DNA from: an uncultured Muribaculaceae bacterium
GTDB lineage: Bacteria > Bacillota_I > Bacilli_A > RF39 > UBA660
NCBI GenBank assembly: GCA_964396655.1
Contig: CAYNFP010000004.1
Location: 47,310-111,309 of the forward strand
DNA length: 64,000 bases
Reading direction: 5' to 3'
Shown here: positions 18,267 through 29,032 of the stretch, in pieces
How positions within the stretch are numbered: the stretch's first letter is position 1
How the letters are laid out: every line of letters starts with the position of its first letter
Position numbers and translations under genes: made by a program
The notes under the pieces: model-generated
Told to the model about the DNA's origin: nothing
What the model saw: only the letters and a program-made list of their open reading frames with translations
Database searches by the model: none

Positions 18267-19511
18267 TTACTTATACTCTATATTATATATAGAATTTAGT
18301 TCATAATTACCCTTTGTTTTTACTTCAATATAATTTGAACTATGTCCATAATAATATCCATCTTTATATGTTTCTATTAATACTTCTAGATATTTCCCAA
18401 CAAATTTAATTTCATATTTCTTCTTTAATTCATCTGATAATTTCATTAATCTTCTAACTCTGTCTTTTTTTATACCATTATCTACTTTATCAGTCATCTT
18501 AGACGCAACTGTTCCCATTCTATCAGAATAAGGAAATACATGTATTTTAGAAAATTCTATTTTTTTACAGAAATTATATGTTTTTTTAAAATCTTCTTCT
18601 GTTTCTCCAGGAAATCCAACAATAACATCAGTAGTTATAGAAATATATGGACATTTATTTCTTATTTCTTTTAATTTATCTTCAAAATACTTTGTATCAT
18701 ATCTTCTATTCATTAATTTTAAAATTTTATCACATCCGCTTTGAAGAGGTAAATGCAAATGATTAGCTATTTTAGGATTACTTAATAAATTTATAATATC
18801 CTTATTTATTTCAACAATTTCTATAGATGATATTCTTATCCTATTTAATCCATCTATTTTAATTAAATCTAATAATAAATTATATAGTTTATAATCTTCA
18901 TTGTCTTTATATTGACCTGTATGTATACCAGTTAAAACTATTTCTTTATAATTGTTTTTTACTAATTTTGTTGCTTCTTTTAACACATTAACTTTAGATT
19001 TACTTCTAACTCTCCCTCTTACATAAGGAATAATGCAGTAACTACAAAAATTGTTACAACCATCTTCTATTTTTATAAATCCTCTTTTATGATTATTTAA
19101 ATGCTCTATTTCCATATCTTCAAAACATTGATTAGACATATCATAAAATTTAACTATTTGATTTTTATTTTTTATATATTCATTTAAATAGTCTATTATC
19201 TTACTTTTATCTTTATTTCCTAAGATTATATCTGCATTTATATCAATATTTTTATTTGTATTATATAAATTTTGTGTATAACAGCCCATTGCTATAACAA
19301 TACTATCAGGATTATTCTTTTTAATACTATTTATTAATCTCTTGCTTTTTTTATCGCTTTCATTAGTAACAGTACAAGTATTTATTATGTATACATCAGC
19401 ATTTTCTTCTACAAGTTTATAACCTTCTAGCAAAAAAAGACTTATGATAAATTCACTTTCATAAGCATTTACTTTGCAACCTAAATTTTTAACACAGAAC
19501 TTCTTATCCAT
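18267..19511 (-). CDS. mtaB: radical-SAM methylthiotransferase, MtaB (YqeV-type)
   Basis: UPF0004 N-domain Cys residues, radical-SAM CNNFCSYCIIP. Lies next to rsmE, as in B. subtilis yqeU-yqeV. Confidence 0.8.
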   Translation of the reverse strand: MDKKFCVKNLGCKVNAYESEFIISLFLLEGYKLVEENADVYIINTCTVTNESDKKSKRLINSIKKNNPDSIVIAMGCYTQNLYNTNKNIDINADIILGNKDKSKIIDYLNEYIKNKNQIVKFYDMSNQCFEDMEIEHLNNHKRGFIKIEDGCNNFCSYCIIPYVRGRVRSKSKVNVLKEATKLVKNNYKEIVLTGIHTGQYKDNEDYKLYNLLLDLIKIDGLNRIRISSIEIVEINKDIINLLSNPKIANHLHLPLQSGCDKILKLMNRRYDTKYFEDKLKEIRNKCPYISITTDVIVGFPGETEEDFKKTYNFCKKIEFSKIHVFPYSDRMGTVASKMTDKVDNGIKKDRVRRLMKLSDELKKKYEIKFVGKYLEVLIETYKDGYYYGHSSNYIEVKTKGNYELNSIYNIEYK

Positions 19512-20154
19512 TAGACATCAAATTCATTCTAAATTCTTTTAATATTTTTAAATATTCTTCTTCAGCTGCATATGAAACTCCTTTTAAAGGTTGCTCTTTG
19601 ATTTCAACCTGTTTAATAACCGGAGCTGCTTCATCAACTTTTGGCTTCTCTATATAATTAAGTTCAAGAGAACAGGCATTTCTTAATAATTCATCGTAAC
19701 TTATTATTGCTTTCTTTTCCTGATTTTCTTCATATTCTTCTATTAATTTAGCATTATTTTCTTTACCATATATTTCGTCTCTCTCTTTTTCAATTTTTTC
19801 TAAATCTTTAGTACTTATAATTGCATTTTGTTCTTCATCTTCTTCATATTTTTCAATTGGATTTTTCATATTAACTTCATGACTAACTTTTAAATTTAAA
19901 ACCAAATCCGCTTGAGTATTATTTAAAGCCTCAATATCTAAAATTGAATCATTATTGTCGTTTTTATTTTCAATAATATCAAAATTATTTTCTTCATTCA
20001 TTATAGGACTATCATTTTTATAACTGTGTTGCAGTTTAATTAAATAAGATAACAACATAAGTAATATCATAGCTAATACTACAATTACAATTAAAAAATA
20101 TTCACTACTAAAAAACATATTTAAAAAATCATTAAAACTCTGCATATTATTCAC
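19504..20154 (-). CDS. hypothetical membrane-anchored acidic protein
   Basis: One N-terminal TM segment and a D/E/N-rich body. 8-nt overlaps with both neighbours suggest translational coupling. Confidence 0.6.
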   Translation of the reverse strand: MNNMQSFNDFLNMFFSSEYFLIVIVVLAMILLMLLSYLIKLQHSYKNDSPIMNEENNFDIIENKNDNNDSILDIEALNNTQADLVLNLKVSHEVNMKNPIEKYEEDEEQNAIISTKDLEKIEKERDEIYGKENNAKLIEEYEENQEKKAIISYDELLRNACSLELNYIEKPKVDEAAPVIKQVEIKEQPLKGVSYAAEEEYLKILKEFRMNLMSNG

Positions 20155-20857
20155 ATCCTTCTAGATACTTAATTATTGATACAATAAATAACGGAACAGT
20201 CTCAGTTCTCAAAACATTCTTACCTAAACTTATTTTTTGAAATCCATTATTTTCTATAATATCTTCTTCCTTGCTAGAAAGTCCTCCCTCTGGTCCAAAT
20301 ACTACACTTATTTTATCACATATATTATGGTGATTTAATACCTCATTTATACTTTTTACATGCTTAGTGTCAAGTGAACAAAGTATGTTCATTCCTTTTA
20401 CACTCTTGATTTCTGATGCTTTGATAAATTCATTTAACTCTGGTATATCATTTCTATAAGATTGTTCAGATGCTTCAACTATTATTTTTTGCCATCTTTC
20501 TAATTTCTTTTGCTTTTTGGAATCCTCTAGCTTGTATTTGCAATGTTCAAATTCAACAGGAATAAATTTAGTAACTCCAAGTTCTGTACCTTTTTGAAAT
20601 ATCAAGCTCATTTTTTCATCATTCAAAAATGGTGCATATAAAATAACTTCTTTATCTCTTGTTTTAACTTTTAATTCTTCTTTTATTGAAACAGATTTTA
20701 AATCTTCATTTAATAAACCAATATATCTTTTATTATTATATACCACAAAAACTTCTTCATCTATTTTCATTCTCATAACATTTTTAACGTGATTATAATC
20801 CTTAGAATTAAGAAATATAATATTTTTTTCTTTAGAATCTCCAAAATATTGTTGCAT
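20147..20857 (-). CDS. rsmE: 16S rRNA (uracil1498-N3)-methyltransferase
   Basis: MQQYF start, C-terminal GPEGGLS...LGKNVLRTETV SPOUT motif. Confidence 0.85.
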   Translation of the reverse strand: MQQYFGDSKEKNIIFLNSKDYNHVKNVMRMKIDEEVFVVYNNKRYIGLLNEDLKSVSIKEELKVKTRDKEVILYAPFLNDEKMSLIFQKGTELGVTKFIPVEFEHCKYKLEDSKKQKKLERWQKIIVEASEQSYRNDIPELNEFIKASEIKSVKGMNILCSLDTKHVKSINEVLNHHNICDKISVVFGPEGGLSSKEEDIIENNGFQKISLGKNVLRTETVPLFIVSIIKYLEGCE

Positions 20858-20927
20858 TTAAACCTCCTAAATAAAAATTAATATCATTATCATAACAAAT
20901 AAAATAAAAAGATACAATAATGTATCT

Positions 20928-21446
20928 TTAATCTGATAATTCTGTTTTCATTACATCCATATCTTCTGTATAGCTTACTATCTTTCCATTTTTAATTTTA
21001 ATTAAAGTCGGAACTTTTATTGCGAGGTCTTCAAAATTATTAGCATTAGGATTTCCTTTATCACTAATATATTTAGAATTAATCCCTAAAGACATATCAA
21101 CTTTATATAAAGCTGTGTCTTTTGAATAATTATTAACTAATAATTTAAAATATACATTAATTTGATCATTATCAAAATAATCAAACGCTACGTAATAAGT
21201 TTTTTCTGGTCTATTAAATATTGTTCCCATAATAGCTTTATTATAAGAAATCTCTACTTCTTCACTAGTTGGTTTTTCATAACCTTTTTCAAAAAATCCC
21301 GCTTTACCTAAAAGTATTATTGCTACATATGATAAAGCAAAGAATGCTACAACCAAAACACTAGTTTTAATTATAGAGTTTGCTTCATCTGATAAATTAT
21401 TTTTTATTTTTAAATTGGTTTTAATATTTTTTATTTTGTTTTTCAT
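20928..21446 (-). CDS. hypothetical membrane-anchored protein
   Basis: ORF with a single TM segment. No motif recognised. Confidence 0.55.
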   Translation of the reverse strand: MKNKIKNIKTNLKIKNNLSDEANSIIKTSVLVVAFFALSYVAIILLGKAGFFEKGYEKPTSEEVEISYNKAIMGTIFNRPEKTYYVAFDYFDNDQINVYFKLLVNNYSKDTALYKVDMSLGINSKYISDKGNPNANNFEDLAIKVPTLIKIKNGKIVSYTEDMDVMKTELSD

Positions 21447-21496
21447 AATATCACTCCATAAAGTATTATATCATTAAAATAAAATATGTAAAATAT

Positions 21497-22498
21497 TTAT
21501 TTCTTTTTATATACTAAAACAGCATCTTTAACGCCACGATCACAATATTCTGATCCTTTAGCTTTAGCTAATCTAATCAATTCCCAAATACTCCTAAATT
21601 TTATATATTGAAATTTATTTTTGGGGAAAACTTTTTTTCTTGCGTAAGGTCTATCAATAAAACACCAAGAGATATCATAAAATTTATCATCACAATATTC
21701 ATATAAATACGCTATAACAATAATTCCGTTTTCATTAAGAGATTTTGATAACTCCATTACAATTTCTTTATATTTATATAAAGCTTTCATTTCATCATCT
21801 TCCGTATCTTCACAAAAAGATATATAACTAACAATATTTGATAAATGTATGAAATCATATGATTTCTTTATTTTATCCTTAAGTTCTTTAATATCAGTAT
21901 TTATAAACTTTACTGGGCATTTATCAATTATATCTCTTAATTTATAATAGTTTTCTTTATCAAGATATGGATTTGATAAAATAACTTCTTTTTCAAGACC
22001 AATATCATCAGAAAATAATTCTGATGTTCTAATTTCAAACCCATCAAATTCTAAATATAAAGAATCCCAAAAAAATTTAGTATCAGGATCTAAATACTGA
22101 CTTATTTTCCAATAATTTTTTATATTCATAGCATTAGGGTATTTCTCTTTTTCTTCACCAAATCCATCTTTCAAATAGAAATATTCTATAAATTCTTCGT
22201 ATGATAATGCTTTTATAGCTGCTTTTTTTAAATTAAAATACATATAAGAATATACATTTATATCAAATGCATCTACTGATTTTGCGCCTAAAAGAATAGC
22301 GTTTAATATATGGTCACCACTTCCACATATTGTTAATATTCTTTTATCTTTAAAATCAAAATAATTAAATGTCCCAGTCAAGTTTTCGGTAGTAAATGGA
22401 TACACACTGGAATATTTATAAAATTTTGTTTTATGATTACCCCAAAAAGCAACTCTAAGTAAGGCTTCGGATATTTCTATATAATCTATTTTTCCCAT
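21497..22498 (-). CDS. BtaA/DUF3419-like SAM-dependent enzyme, paralog 1
   Basis: ILTICGSGDHILNAILLGAKSVDAFDIN (SAM-binding GxGxx pattern), LKKAAIKALSYEEF and FWDSLYLEF blocks, as in the DUF3419 family. Confidence 0.5.
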   Translation of the reverse strand: MGKIDYIEISEALLRVAFWGNHKTKFYKYSSVYPFTTENLTGTFNYFDFKDKRILTICGSGDHILNAILLGAKSVDAFDINVYSYMYFNLKKAAIKALSYEEFIEYFYLKDGFGEEKEKYPNAMNIKNYWKISQYLDPDTKFFWDSLYLEFDGFEIRTSELFSDDIGLEKEVILSNPYLDKENYYKLRDIIDKCPVKFINTDIKELKDKIKKSYDFIHLSNIVSYISFCEDTEDDEMKALYKYKEIVMELSKSLNENGIIVIAYLYEYCDDKFYDISWCFIDRPYARKKVFPKNKFQYIKFRSIWELIRLAKAKGSEYCDRGVKDAVLVYKKK

Positions 22499-22500
22499 AA

Positions 22501-23487
22501 TTATAACTCTCTTTTTAATTCTGTATTCTCATAGTATAAAATTGAATTTTTTAAACTTGGATTATAAAAACTTTTTGTTACTTCAAAACACATTATTTTT
22601 AATTCACCTAACTTTTCAAAGAAATATGATAAATATGCTAAATCTAAATCATATTTATTCCAAGCATAATCAATAATAATAACACCATTTTTATTTAACA
22701 TTTTCCCTAATTTTACAATTTCATTTTCCAATGTTTCTTTTTCACTCGTCCAAACTCTTGAATATATATTAGAAAGTCCTATAAAATCATAATCATTTCT
22801 ACAAACTTCACTTAAAGATAAAATATCACAATTAAAAAATCTTACTTCACAATTATCAATTACTTCTCTTAATTTATAATATTCTGTTTCATTAAGATAT
22901 AAATTTGTTTTTAATATAGAATCTTCATCTGTAAAATGAGAAAAAGTTTGCTCAAATAAATCAGATTTTCTAATTTGATAACCAGAAAATTCTAAATATA
23001 ATGAATCCCAAAACTTTTTGATTTCTGGACTTAAATATTTACATATTTTTGAATATAATTTAATTTCAAAAACAGTATTATACTCTATAAAAAAATCTAA
23101 AAATTCTTCATATGTTAAAGCTTTTATAGCGGCTTTCTTTAAAGCAAAATAAAAGTTAGCAAATATACTTATATCAAAACAATCTATTTCTTTAGCACCT
23201 AATAAAATAGCATTTAATACTTGATCTCCACTACCCAATACAGTTAATATTCTTTTATCTTTAAAGTCAAATTTACTGTAATATGCTGCGATATTTTCAT
23301 TTGTGAATGGATAAATTGAAGATAATTCACTAAAACCTGTACAACTGGATTTTTTCCTATCAATTCTATCCTTGTATTCATATAATTTTCCAACTTCAAT
23401 TAATGCTTTTAATATTATGTTTTCTAAATTATCCATAAACCCCTCATTAATGCTGGATATTATATCATAAAAATTTTTACTTGTCAA
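22501..23487 (-). CDS. BtaA/DUF3419-like SAM-dependent enzyme, paralog 2
   Basis: Roughly 50-60% identical by eye to the 21497..22498 product across the same motif blocks. 2-nt intergenic gap. Confidence 0.5.
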   Translation of the reverse strand: MTSKNFYDIISSINEGFMDNLENIILKALIEVGKLYEYKDRIDRKKSSCTGFSELSSIYPFTNENIAAYYSKFDFKDKRILTVLGSGDQVLNAILLGAKEIDCFDISIFANFYFALKKAAIKALTYEEFLDFFIEYNTVFEIKLYSKICKYLSPEIKKFWDSLYLEFSGYQIRKSDLFEQTFSHFTDEDSILKTNLYLNETEYYKLREVIDNCEVRFFNCDILSLSEVCRNDYDFIGLSNIYSRVWTSEKETLENEIVKLGKMLNKNGVIIIDYAWNKYDLDLAYLSYFFEKLGELKIMCFEVTKSFYNPSLKNSILYYENTELKREL

Positions 23488-23510
23488 AAAAGCACTAATA
23501 ATAGTGCTTG

Positions 23511-24284
23511 TTATCGATTCATTTGTTTCTTTATAAATTTTATTGCTTTTTTAGGATTCAATTTATATAGAAAATTCATAAATTTTGAATCATTACCTAC
23601 AAATAATTGAAATTCATTTTCTTCTATACCTTCTATAATAATAGAAGCTGCTTTTTCTGGAGATAGCATCTTCATTTTAGAATTATTAGGCTCTGTCATT
23701 TCTACATTTGAGTTTTTCATAATGTTAGTTGCAGTAGCACCAGGAAATACTACCATTACATGAACATTAGTGTCTAATAATTCAGCATATAATCCTTCTG
23801 TAAATAGTTTTAAAGCCGCCTTTGAAGCACCATATATAGATTGTCCTGGAAAAGGGAAAAATCCTCCCATACTTGATACATTTACTATATAGCCTTCTGG
23901 TCTTTTTAACATTTCTGGTAAAAATAATTTTGTCAATCTTAATGGTCCATAGAAGTTAATATTCATTACCTTAAATATTGCAGATTCTTCAAGCTTATCA
24001 ACATTAACAAAAGGTTGGATAATACCTGCATTATTTATTAAAATATCTACTTTAGAATTATAATCTTTTTTAAATTTATTAATTGATTCTTCATTTGAAA
24101 TATCTACTTTGTATAATGACATCCTTTTATTATTGCCAGATTTTTCTTTAGTTATATTTAATTCTTTTTCATTTATATCTAAAGCAATTACATAAGCACC
24201 TTTTTCTAATAATTGAAGCGCTAATTCTCTTCCAATACCACTACCTGCTCCTGTTAAAATAATTTTTTTATTTTTTATTTCCAT
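23511..24284 (-). CDS. short-chain dehydrogenase/reductase (SDR)
   Basis: TGAGSGIGRE cofactor motif, NAG, catalytic YGASKAAL. Confidence 0.85.
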   Translation of the reverse strand: MEIKNKKIILTGAGSGIGRELALQLLEKGAYVIALDINEKELNITKEKSGNNKRMSLYKVDISNEESINKFKKDYNSKVDILINNAGIIQPFVNVDKLEESAIFKVMNINFYGPLRLTKLFLPEMLKRPEGYIVNVSSMGGFFPFPGQSIYGASKAALKLFTEGLYAELLDTNVHVMVVFPGATATNIMKNSNVEMTEPNNSKMKMLSPEKAASIIIEGIEENEFQLFVGNDSKFMNFLYKLNPKKAIKFIKKQMNR

Positions 24285-24383
24285 AATTATATTCTCCTAT
24301 TATTTATTATAACACACTAGAAATTATTTAAACATTTTCAAACAAAAAAATATAGATTACTCTATATTTTTAATTTACATATT

Positions 24384-24459
24384 TGGTGATTCCTCAGGGG
24401 ATCGAACCCTGGACCCACAGATTAAGAGTCTGTTGCTCTACCGGCTGAGCTAAGGAACC
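24384..24459 (-). tRNA. tRNA-Lys (anticodon CTT)
   Basis: Manual cloverleaf: GGTTCCT acceptor, GCTC-AGCCGGTA-GAGC, ACAGA-CTCTTAA-TCTGT, CAGGG-TTCGATC-CCCTG, encoded CCA. Confidence 0.9.
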
Positions 24460-24510
24460 ATACAAAGCATTATGTATTATAACACTTTATTTTTATTTTG
24501 TATATATTTT

Positions 24511-25782
24511 TTACTTTATTTCTCGAACAACGACACCAGGCTCTAAATTATAATTTTTATACTTTGCTAGTTCTGAAACTGTAACTAATTCATATCCTCT
24601 AGCTTTTAATTCTGGAACTATTATTTTTGCTAATTCTACTGAACTATTATATATATCATGCATTAATATTATATCTCCATCTTTTACATAATCCAAAACT
24701 ATTGGTGCTGACACTTCGGCATCTCTATATAGCCAGTCTTTTGTATCAATATTCCAAGCAATTATTGGAAATGGAGCATTTTGTCTTATAGTTGAATTAA
24801 TACTTCCATATGGCACTCTCATTAAATGCATATTATCTCCAGTAATTTGATTGTATAAAATTGATGTTGAATTAATTTCATTAAGAGCTCTGCTTAATTT
24901 TAATTTTGTTAAATACTTATGTGAATATGTATGATTTCCAACTTCCATTCCACTATCATATAATCTTTTTGTTACTTCTTTGAATTTATTCATATGAATG
25001 CCTAATTCAAAAAAAGTACCTTTTGAATTATTTAATTTTAAACATTTTAAAATTTCCATTGTGTATTCACTTGGGCCATCATCAAAAGTTAATGCTATCA
25101 TTTTCTTGCTTGTATCTATATTATAATTTTCTTCTATTACATTCTCATTTAAAGTTACTTTTAAATTTGGAATATAACTTATATTCTTATCATATTTTAA
25201 ATTCGTAAAATATATAGTAAACCCTTCTTCAGTAATTAAATAATTAAAATCAGTTTTATTTTGATTTAAAATAACATTACTTACATATGAAGGATATTTA
25301 TCTTTTAAAGTTTGTAATTTTTCATTTAATAAATCTTCATTATATATTTCACTAATATTAGATAATTTACGCTTGTTTAAATCTATTAATATACTTTTAT
25401 TAATATCTTTAGCGTCTATTGAATTATTTATTTCAAAAAATATATTTACATGTTTATTTATAAAAAATAATGAATAGTTTATTTCTAATTTTGTTTTCAT
25501 TTCAATGTCTTTACTATTTTTTTCAAAACTTTTTATATAAGGATAAATCAAATTAGTCACTATTCTATTTATTTCAGAATCCTTAAATTTTGGATAATAT
25601 ACATTTACTAAATAATTATCATTGTCAATTAATATATTATTTTTAATATAAATATCTTCATTTGTATAAGCTAAAGTATTATTATTCATCACTATTGTTC
25701 TTATTAATAATAGACAAATAAAAAGCAAGGCTATACATAATAAATATTTGGTGAAATAATTCTGTTTATTAAACCATTTCAT
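24511..25782 (-). CDS. polysaccharide (peptidoglycan GlcNAc) deacetylase, NodB domain with an N-terminal DUF3298/RsiV-like domain
   Basis: FDDGPS, HTYSH and LMHD NodB motifs. N-terminal signal anchor. Confidence 0.8.
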   Translation of the reverse strand: MKWFNKQNYFTKYLLCIALLFICLLLIRTIVMNNNTLAYTNEDIYIKNNILIDNDNYLVNVYYPKFKDSEINRIVTNLIYPYIKSFEKNSKDIEMKTKLEINYSLFFINKHVNIFFEINNSIDAKDINKSILIDLNKRKLSNISEIYNEDLLNEKLQTLKDKYPSYVSNVILNQNKTDFNYLITEEGFTIYFTNLKYDKNISYIPNLKVTLNENVIEENYNIDTSKKMIALTFDDGPSEYTMEILKCLKLNNSKGTFFELGIHMNKFKEVTKRLYDSGMEVGNHTYSHKYLTKLKLSRALNEINSTSILYNQITGDNMHLMRVPYGSINSTIRQNAPFPIIAWNIDTKDWLYRDAEVSAPIVLDYVKDGDIILMHDIYNSSVELAKIIVPELKARGYELVTVSELAKYKNYNLEPGVVVREIK

Positions 25783-25809
25783 ATATATATACCTCCTTTT
25801 TTATTATGT

Positions 25810-26448
25810 TCATAATTCTTTTAAATAATTAATTCTGCTTTCCATTTCTTCATTTTGGATATAACTTGCACTTACTATCATATCAATATTTAATTCTTTT
25901 AGTTTTAAACTATTTTCTTCGTTGATTCCACCATCTACTGATATTATAGTTTTTGATTGTTCTTTTATTATTTCTTCTTTTAAGTTTTTTATTTTTAATA
26001 AACTATCATCAATAAATACTTGCCCACTTTTACCTGGGTGTACACTCATAATTAATATTAAATCTATATTATTTAAATATGGAAATAATAAAGATTCATC
26101 TGTACCAGGATTAATACTTATTCCAACTTTTATTCCACAGTTTTTTATTTCTTCTATTAATTTATTTATATTTTTTACTGCTTCAAAATGAAATGTTATA
26201 TATTCAACATTTAACATTGATAATTCTGATATATATTTTTCAGGATTTTTTACCATTAAATGAACATCTAATTTTTTATTAGAAATATCATTAAATTTTT
26301 TTATTTCACTTATGGTATAAGATTTATTATCAACAAATTTACCATCCATAACATCTAAATGTATATAATCAACTTTTGTGTTATTGAATTTTCTAATTAA
26401 TTCATCTGGTTTTAAATTTTGGGATAATATAGATGCACTTACTTTCAT
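25810..26448 (-). CDS. rpe: ribulose-phosphate 3-epimerase
   Basis: SILS...D..H.DVMDG.FV, MSV.PG..GQ.F, DGGI. Conserved position after rsgA. Confidence 0.85.
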   Translation of the reverse strand: MKVSASILSQNLKPDELIRKFNNTKVDYIHLDVMDGKFVDNKSYTISEIKKFNDISNKKLDVHLMVKNPEKYISELSMLNVEYITFHFEAVKNINKLIEEIKNCGIKVGISINPGTDESLLFPYLNNIDLILIMSVHPGKSGQVFIDDSLLKIKNLKEEIIKEQSKTIISVDGGINEENSLKLKELNIDMIVSASYIQNEEMESRINYLKEL

Positions 26449-27278
26449 TTTTTTACCTCTTCAACTAATTTTAAATAATTTTCATATCTTTCTTTATAAA
26501 TATCAGATGATTTTTCTAAATGTTCTTTTACCATACAACCATCTTCTTTAATATGAATGCAACTTTTATATCTACAGTTTAAATTAAATTCTTTGTAAAA
26601 ATTCTTTATTTCATTTGCATTTATATTTATTTCTAGTAATGAGAAACCTGGGGTGTCAGCGACTAAACCTCCATATAAATTATATAATTCTACTAATCTT
26701 GTTGTGTGTTTACCTCTTCCTAAAGCAAAAGATATTTCATTTGTTTCTAATTTTAAATTTTTATCAAGTTTATTAAGAAGAGTACTTTTACCTGCTCCAG
26801 TTTGTCCCGCTAAAGCTACTATAGAATTTTTAAATTCTTTTTTTATTTTATTTAATTCTTTATTACTATATACTTTATATCCTAATTTTTTATAATATTT
26901 TTTATATTTATTTATAGTTTTTCTTTCTTTAAAAGATAATAAATCTTCTTTAGTAAATACTATTATAGGATTAATTTTATTAAAAGTAGCTATTATTATA
27001 AATTTATCTAATAAATATGAAGAAAATTTAGGCTGATCTGCACTTACCACAATTATTAATTTATCTATATTAGAAACCAAAGGTCTTATAAGAGTGTTTT
27101 TTCTAGGCAATAATTCTTCTATTCTAGATGTTTCAATATTAAAAATAACATAATCCCCCACAGTGGGTTTTATATTATTTTTATATAATTTTCCGCTTTC
27201 TTCACAAATAAATATTTTATTATTAGAATACACTGAATATAAGTTTTTGTTTATTTTTATAATAATGCCTTTATTCAT
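26445..27278 (-). CDS. rsgA: ribosome small-subunit-dependent GTPase A
   Basis: GQTGAGKSTLLNKL, GRGKHTTR, DTPGF, C-terminal Zn Cys/His cluster. Confidence 0.9.
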   Translation of the reverse strand: MNKGIIIKINKNLYSVYSNNKIFICEESGKLYKNNIKPTVGDYVIFNIETSRIEELLPRKNTLIRPLVSNIDKLIIVVSADQPKFSSYLLDKFIIIATFNKINPIIVFTKEDLLSFKERKTINKYKKYYKKLGYKVYSNKELNKIKKEFKNSIVALAGQTGAGKSTLLNKLDKNLKLETNEISFALGRGKHTTRLVELYNLYGGLVADTPGFSLLEININANEIKNFYKEFNLNCRYKSCIHIKEDGCMVKEHLEKSSDIYKERYENYLKLVEEVKK

Positions 27279-27283
27279 AAAAG

Positions 27284-29032
27284 TTATTCTCCTTCAGCAG
27301 TACTTCCTGTTTCAGGTTTAGAAGAAACTGTTACAGTTAATGTTGTTCCAGGAAGAGCTTTTGTATCAGCTGACCTATCTTGTCTAATAATAGTGCCTTC
27401 ATCTAAAGTTGAATCTTCTTGATATCTTACCTGAACAGTTATATTGTTTTTTTCACAAAATGTATAAACATCATCTAAAGAATATATTCCATTTGTAAAA
27501 TCAGGATAAGTTACTTCAATTTGAGGAATAAATATAGTTATAGTACATGTATGTTCGGTACTTCCTTGTCTTACCTTACTTCCCGCAACTGGAGAAGTTC
27601 TTAATACAGTATCTTCTTTAATATCATCATCTTTAGAAACTGTTTCTGTTTCTTTTAACACATTACAATTATACATTTCTTTTAATATCGTTTCTACTTC
27701 TATATAATTTCTTCCAGCATAATCTTCTAAAGTAAATGTTTCTGGTCCATTTGAAACATATAAGGTTATAGAAGAACCATCTTTAACTTTTCTGCCTATT
27801 TCAGGACTAGTCTTAATCACATAGCCTTCTTCTATTTCATCAGAAGGAGTATATTCAACTTTTTCTTTTACTATAAATCCTTCATCTGTAAGTATATTTG
27901 AAGCTTCAACAACTGTTTTTGCAGATACATCGGGGATAGTAACATTTTTTACTTTTGATTTATCAAAATATAATAATAAACCTACAGTAGTTATTAGTAC
28001 TAAACCAGTAAAAATAGAAGCTAAAATTATTAAAAATTTATTTTGATTTTTACTTTCTTCTTTTTCTTCTTTTTCTATTTCTTTTACTAATTTTTTATTT
28101 TTATCTTTTACCTCTTTTACTACATCATCAAGAACTTTTGTTTCTTCAAGTTCTTTTTCGGAATGTTTATATACATATCTTGGTTCATTTGTTCTAGCAG
28201 GATCTAAAGCTGTTTTTATATCTTCATACATTTCTCTAGCATCTGCATATCTGTTTTTAGGATTTTTTGCAGTTGATTTTAAAATTATATTTTCAATAGA
28301 TTGAGGTAAATTAGGTAATTTATTTTTAATACTAGGTAATGGTTCTTTTAAATGTTTAAGTGCGATTTCAACAGCGTTATCACCTTTATAAGGTATTGTT
28401 CCTGTTAATAATTCATACATTAATATACCCATTGAATATATATCACTTCTAATAGTAGAACCTTTTCCATTAGCTTGCTCTGGTGGTAAATAATGCACAC
28501 TACCCATTACTGAATTAGTTTGAGTTAATTGAGTTGAATTAAGTGCCATCGCAATACCAAAGTCAGTTATTTTTATAATACCATTTTCTAATATAATTAT
28601 ATTTTGAGGTTTAATATCTCTGTGAATTATATAAGAATCATGAGCATGAGCCATACCATCAGTTATCTGAAGCATAATATCTATTACTTCACTTATAGTT
28701 AAATTACCTCTTTTTTTAAGAAGTTGTTTTAAAGTTTTACCTGGACAATATTCCATTACTATATAGTATTGACCATTATCTTCTCCAACATCATAAACTT
28801 CAACAATATTTGGATGTGATAATGAAGATGCTGATAAAGCTTCTCTTTGAAATCTTCTAACAAATTTATCATCATTTGCTAAATCTCCACGTAATACTTT
28901 TACAGCAACTTCTCTATCTAAAATAGTATCATACGCTAAATAAACATTAGCCATACCACCTTCACCTAATGTTCTTATTATCTCATATCTATCGTTAATT
29001 TTAGCTCCTTTGACTATCAACTGTATCACCAC
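27284..29032 (-). CDS. prkC: Ser/Thr protein kinase with TM segment and PASTA repeats
   Basis: GEGGMANVYLA, HRDIKPQN, DFGIA, then a TM segment and three PASTA-like repeats. The start may lie slightly downstream of the ORF-track start. Confidence 0.9.
   Translation of the reverse strand: MVIQLIVKGAKINDRYEIIRTLGEGGMANVYLAYDTILDREVAVKVLRGDLANDDKFVRRFQREALSASSLSHPNIVEVYDVGEDNGQYYIVMEYCPGKTLKQLLKKRGNLTISEVIDIMLQITDGMAHAHDSYIIHRDIKPQNIIILENGIIKITDFGIAMALNSTQLTQTNSVMGSVHYLPPEQANGKGSTIRSDIYSMGILMYELLTGTIPYKGDNAVEIALKHLKEPLPSIKNKLPNLPQSIENIILKSTAKNPKNRYADAREMYEDIKTALDPARTNEPRYVYKHSEKELEETKVLDDVVKEVKDKNKKLVKEIEKEEKEESKNQNKFLIILASIFTGLVLITTVGLLLYFDKSKVKNVTIPDVSAKTVVEASNILTDEGFIVKEKVEYTPSDEIEEGYVIKTSPEIGRKVKDGSSITLYVSNGPETFTLEDYAGRNYIEVETILKEMYNCNVLKETETVSKDDDIKEDTVLRTSPVAGSKVRQGSTEHTCTITIFIPQIEVTYPDFTNGIYSLDDVYTFCEKNNITVQVRYQEDSTLDEGTIIRQDRSADTKALPGTTLTVTVSSKPETGSTAEGE

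Noticed and set aside
21447-24459. The idea that the blocks next to tRNA-Lys and tRNA-Met are classical integrated genomic islands.
   Set aside because: No integrase or recombinase gene is present, and I could not see a duplicated tRNA 3' segment at the distal ends. I report it only as context, not as a mobile element.
29001-29032. The 32-nt overlap between the phosphatase and kinase genes, considered as something unusual.
   Set aside because: Overlapping or tightly coupled stp/prkC genes are common. The kinase may also start at a downstream non-ATG codon.
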